Assembly (NCBI RefSeq): GCF_001194135.2 | Contig: NC_068994.1 | Coordinates: forward strand, 5,871,335 to 5,935,334 | Direction: 5' to 3' | Length of the DNA: 64,000 bases | Source: Octopus bimaculoides | Taxonomy: Eukaryota | Shown here: piece after piece, positions 63,465 to 64,000 of the stretch | How the letters are laid out: each line of letters starts with the position of its first letter | Numbering within the stretch: the stretch's first letter is position 1 | The notes under the pieces: generated by a model | What the model saw: the letters and a program-made list of their open reading frames with translations, nothing else | Database searches by the model: none | Told to the model about the DNA's origin: nothing | Position numbers and translations under genes: made by a program

Positions 63465-64000
63465 GTGAGATCATTTCTTACACTCATATTTTATTCCCTG
63501 TTTTGTTCAATGAGCACTAGTTTACTGGTTGTCATGCTATATCTTTCACCAGTATTTACTTCTTTTGCTGGTATCACAAATGCTATCAACATATGTGTGT
63601 GTGTGAAGGATGCAGAAGTGTACGTAAGTTTTCTTTATAGGCAAAAGAATGCTAAAGTACTCATGCACTTGTCTTATGATGTGTGATCAGTGAACCATGA
63701 AACATGTTCAGGCAATCTCCTTTATTTTCTCTCTACATCTGTTTAAAGTTCTACAGCAAAACTGCTGTTTATCTTCTTTAAATTTATCTCAGGTGTTCTG
63801 ATACTGGCCATGTTGTGTATAAATATTTATTAGTATATATATGTGTATGTGTATAGATATGTATATATGAGCACCAACACAGCACACACATTCACACACA
63901 CACATACAAACATGCAAAGGGCTTCAACACAGTTTCCATCCACTAAATTTTGCTTGCAAGACATTCATCAGGCTCAGAATGTGATAGGAAAATTTTCTCA

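Overview
Eukaryotic, AT-rich, repeat-dense genomic DNA with about 20 N-gaps, mostly bordered by (TA)n, (CA)n or (GAT)n microsatellites. The tRNA-derived SINE families and overall style look like an octopus/coleoid cephalopod draft assembly (inference). I can support four protein-coding loci. (1) A minus-strand 1208-aa intrinsically disordered protein on one large exon (13004-9378) with no recognisable domain but PP1, SH3 and PDZ linear motifs. (2) TEX261, six exons, 27677-34548 (+), 204 aa, not visible in the ORF track. (3) A STEAP2/3/4-type metalloreductase, 46781-48154 (+), with a probable 8-codon upstream exon at 45322-45345. (4) The 5' part of SFI1 (centrin-binding centriole protein), 12 exons, 51501-63464 (+), continuing beyond the window, with a U12-type (minor spliceosome) intron at 60470-61517 and RFX X-box-like sites upstream. 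The remainder is microsatellite, minisatellite, at least four SINE families, hAT and mariner MITEs, mariner and RTE fossils, a Helentron-like element, and one TSD-bounded inverted SINE insertion carrying a hammerhead-like core. Almost all short ORFs in the track are repeat or gap artefacts. Homology calls rest on my recall of the human proteins, not on a search.
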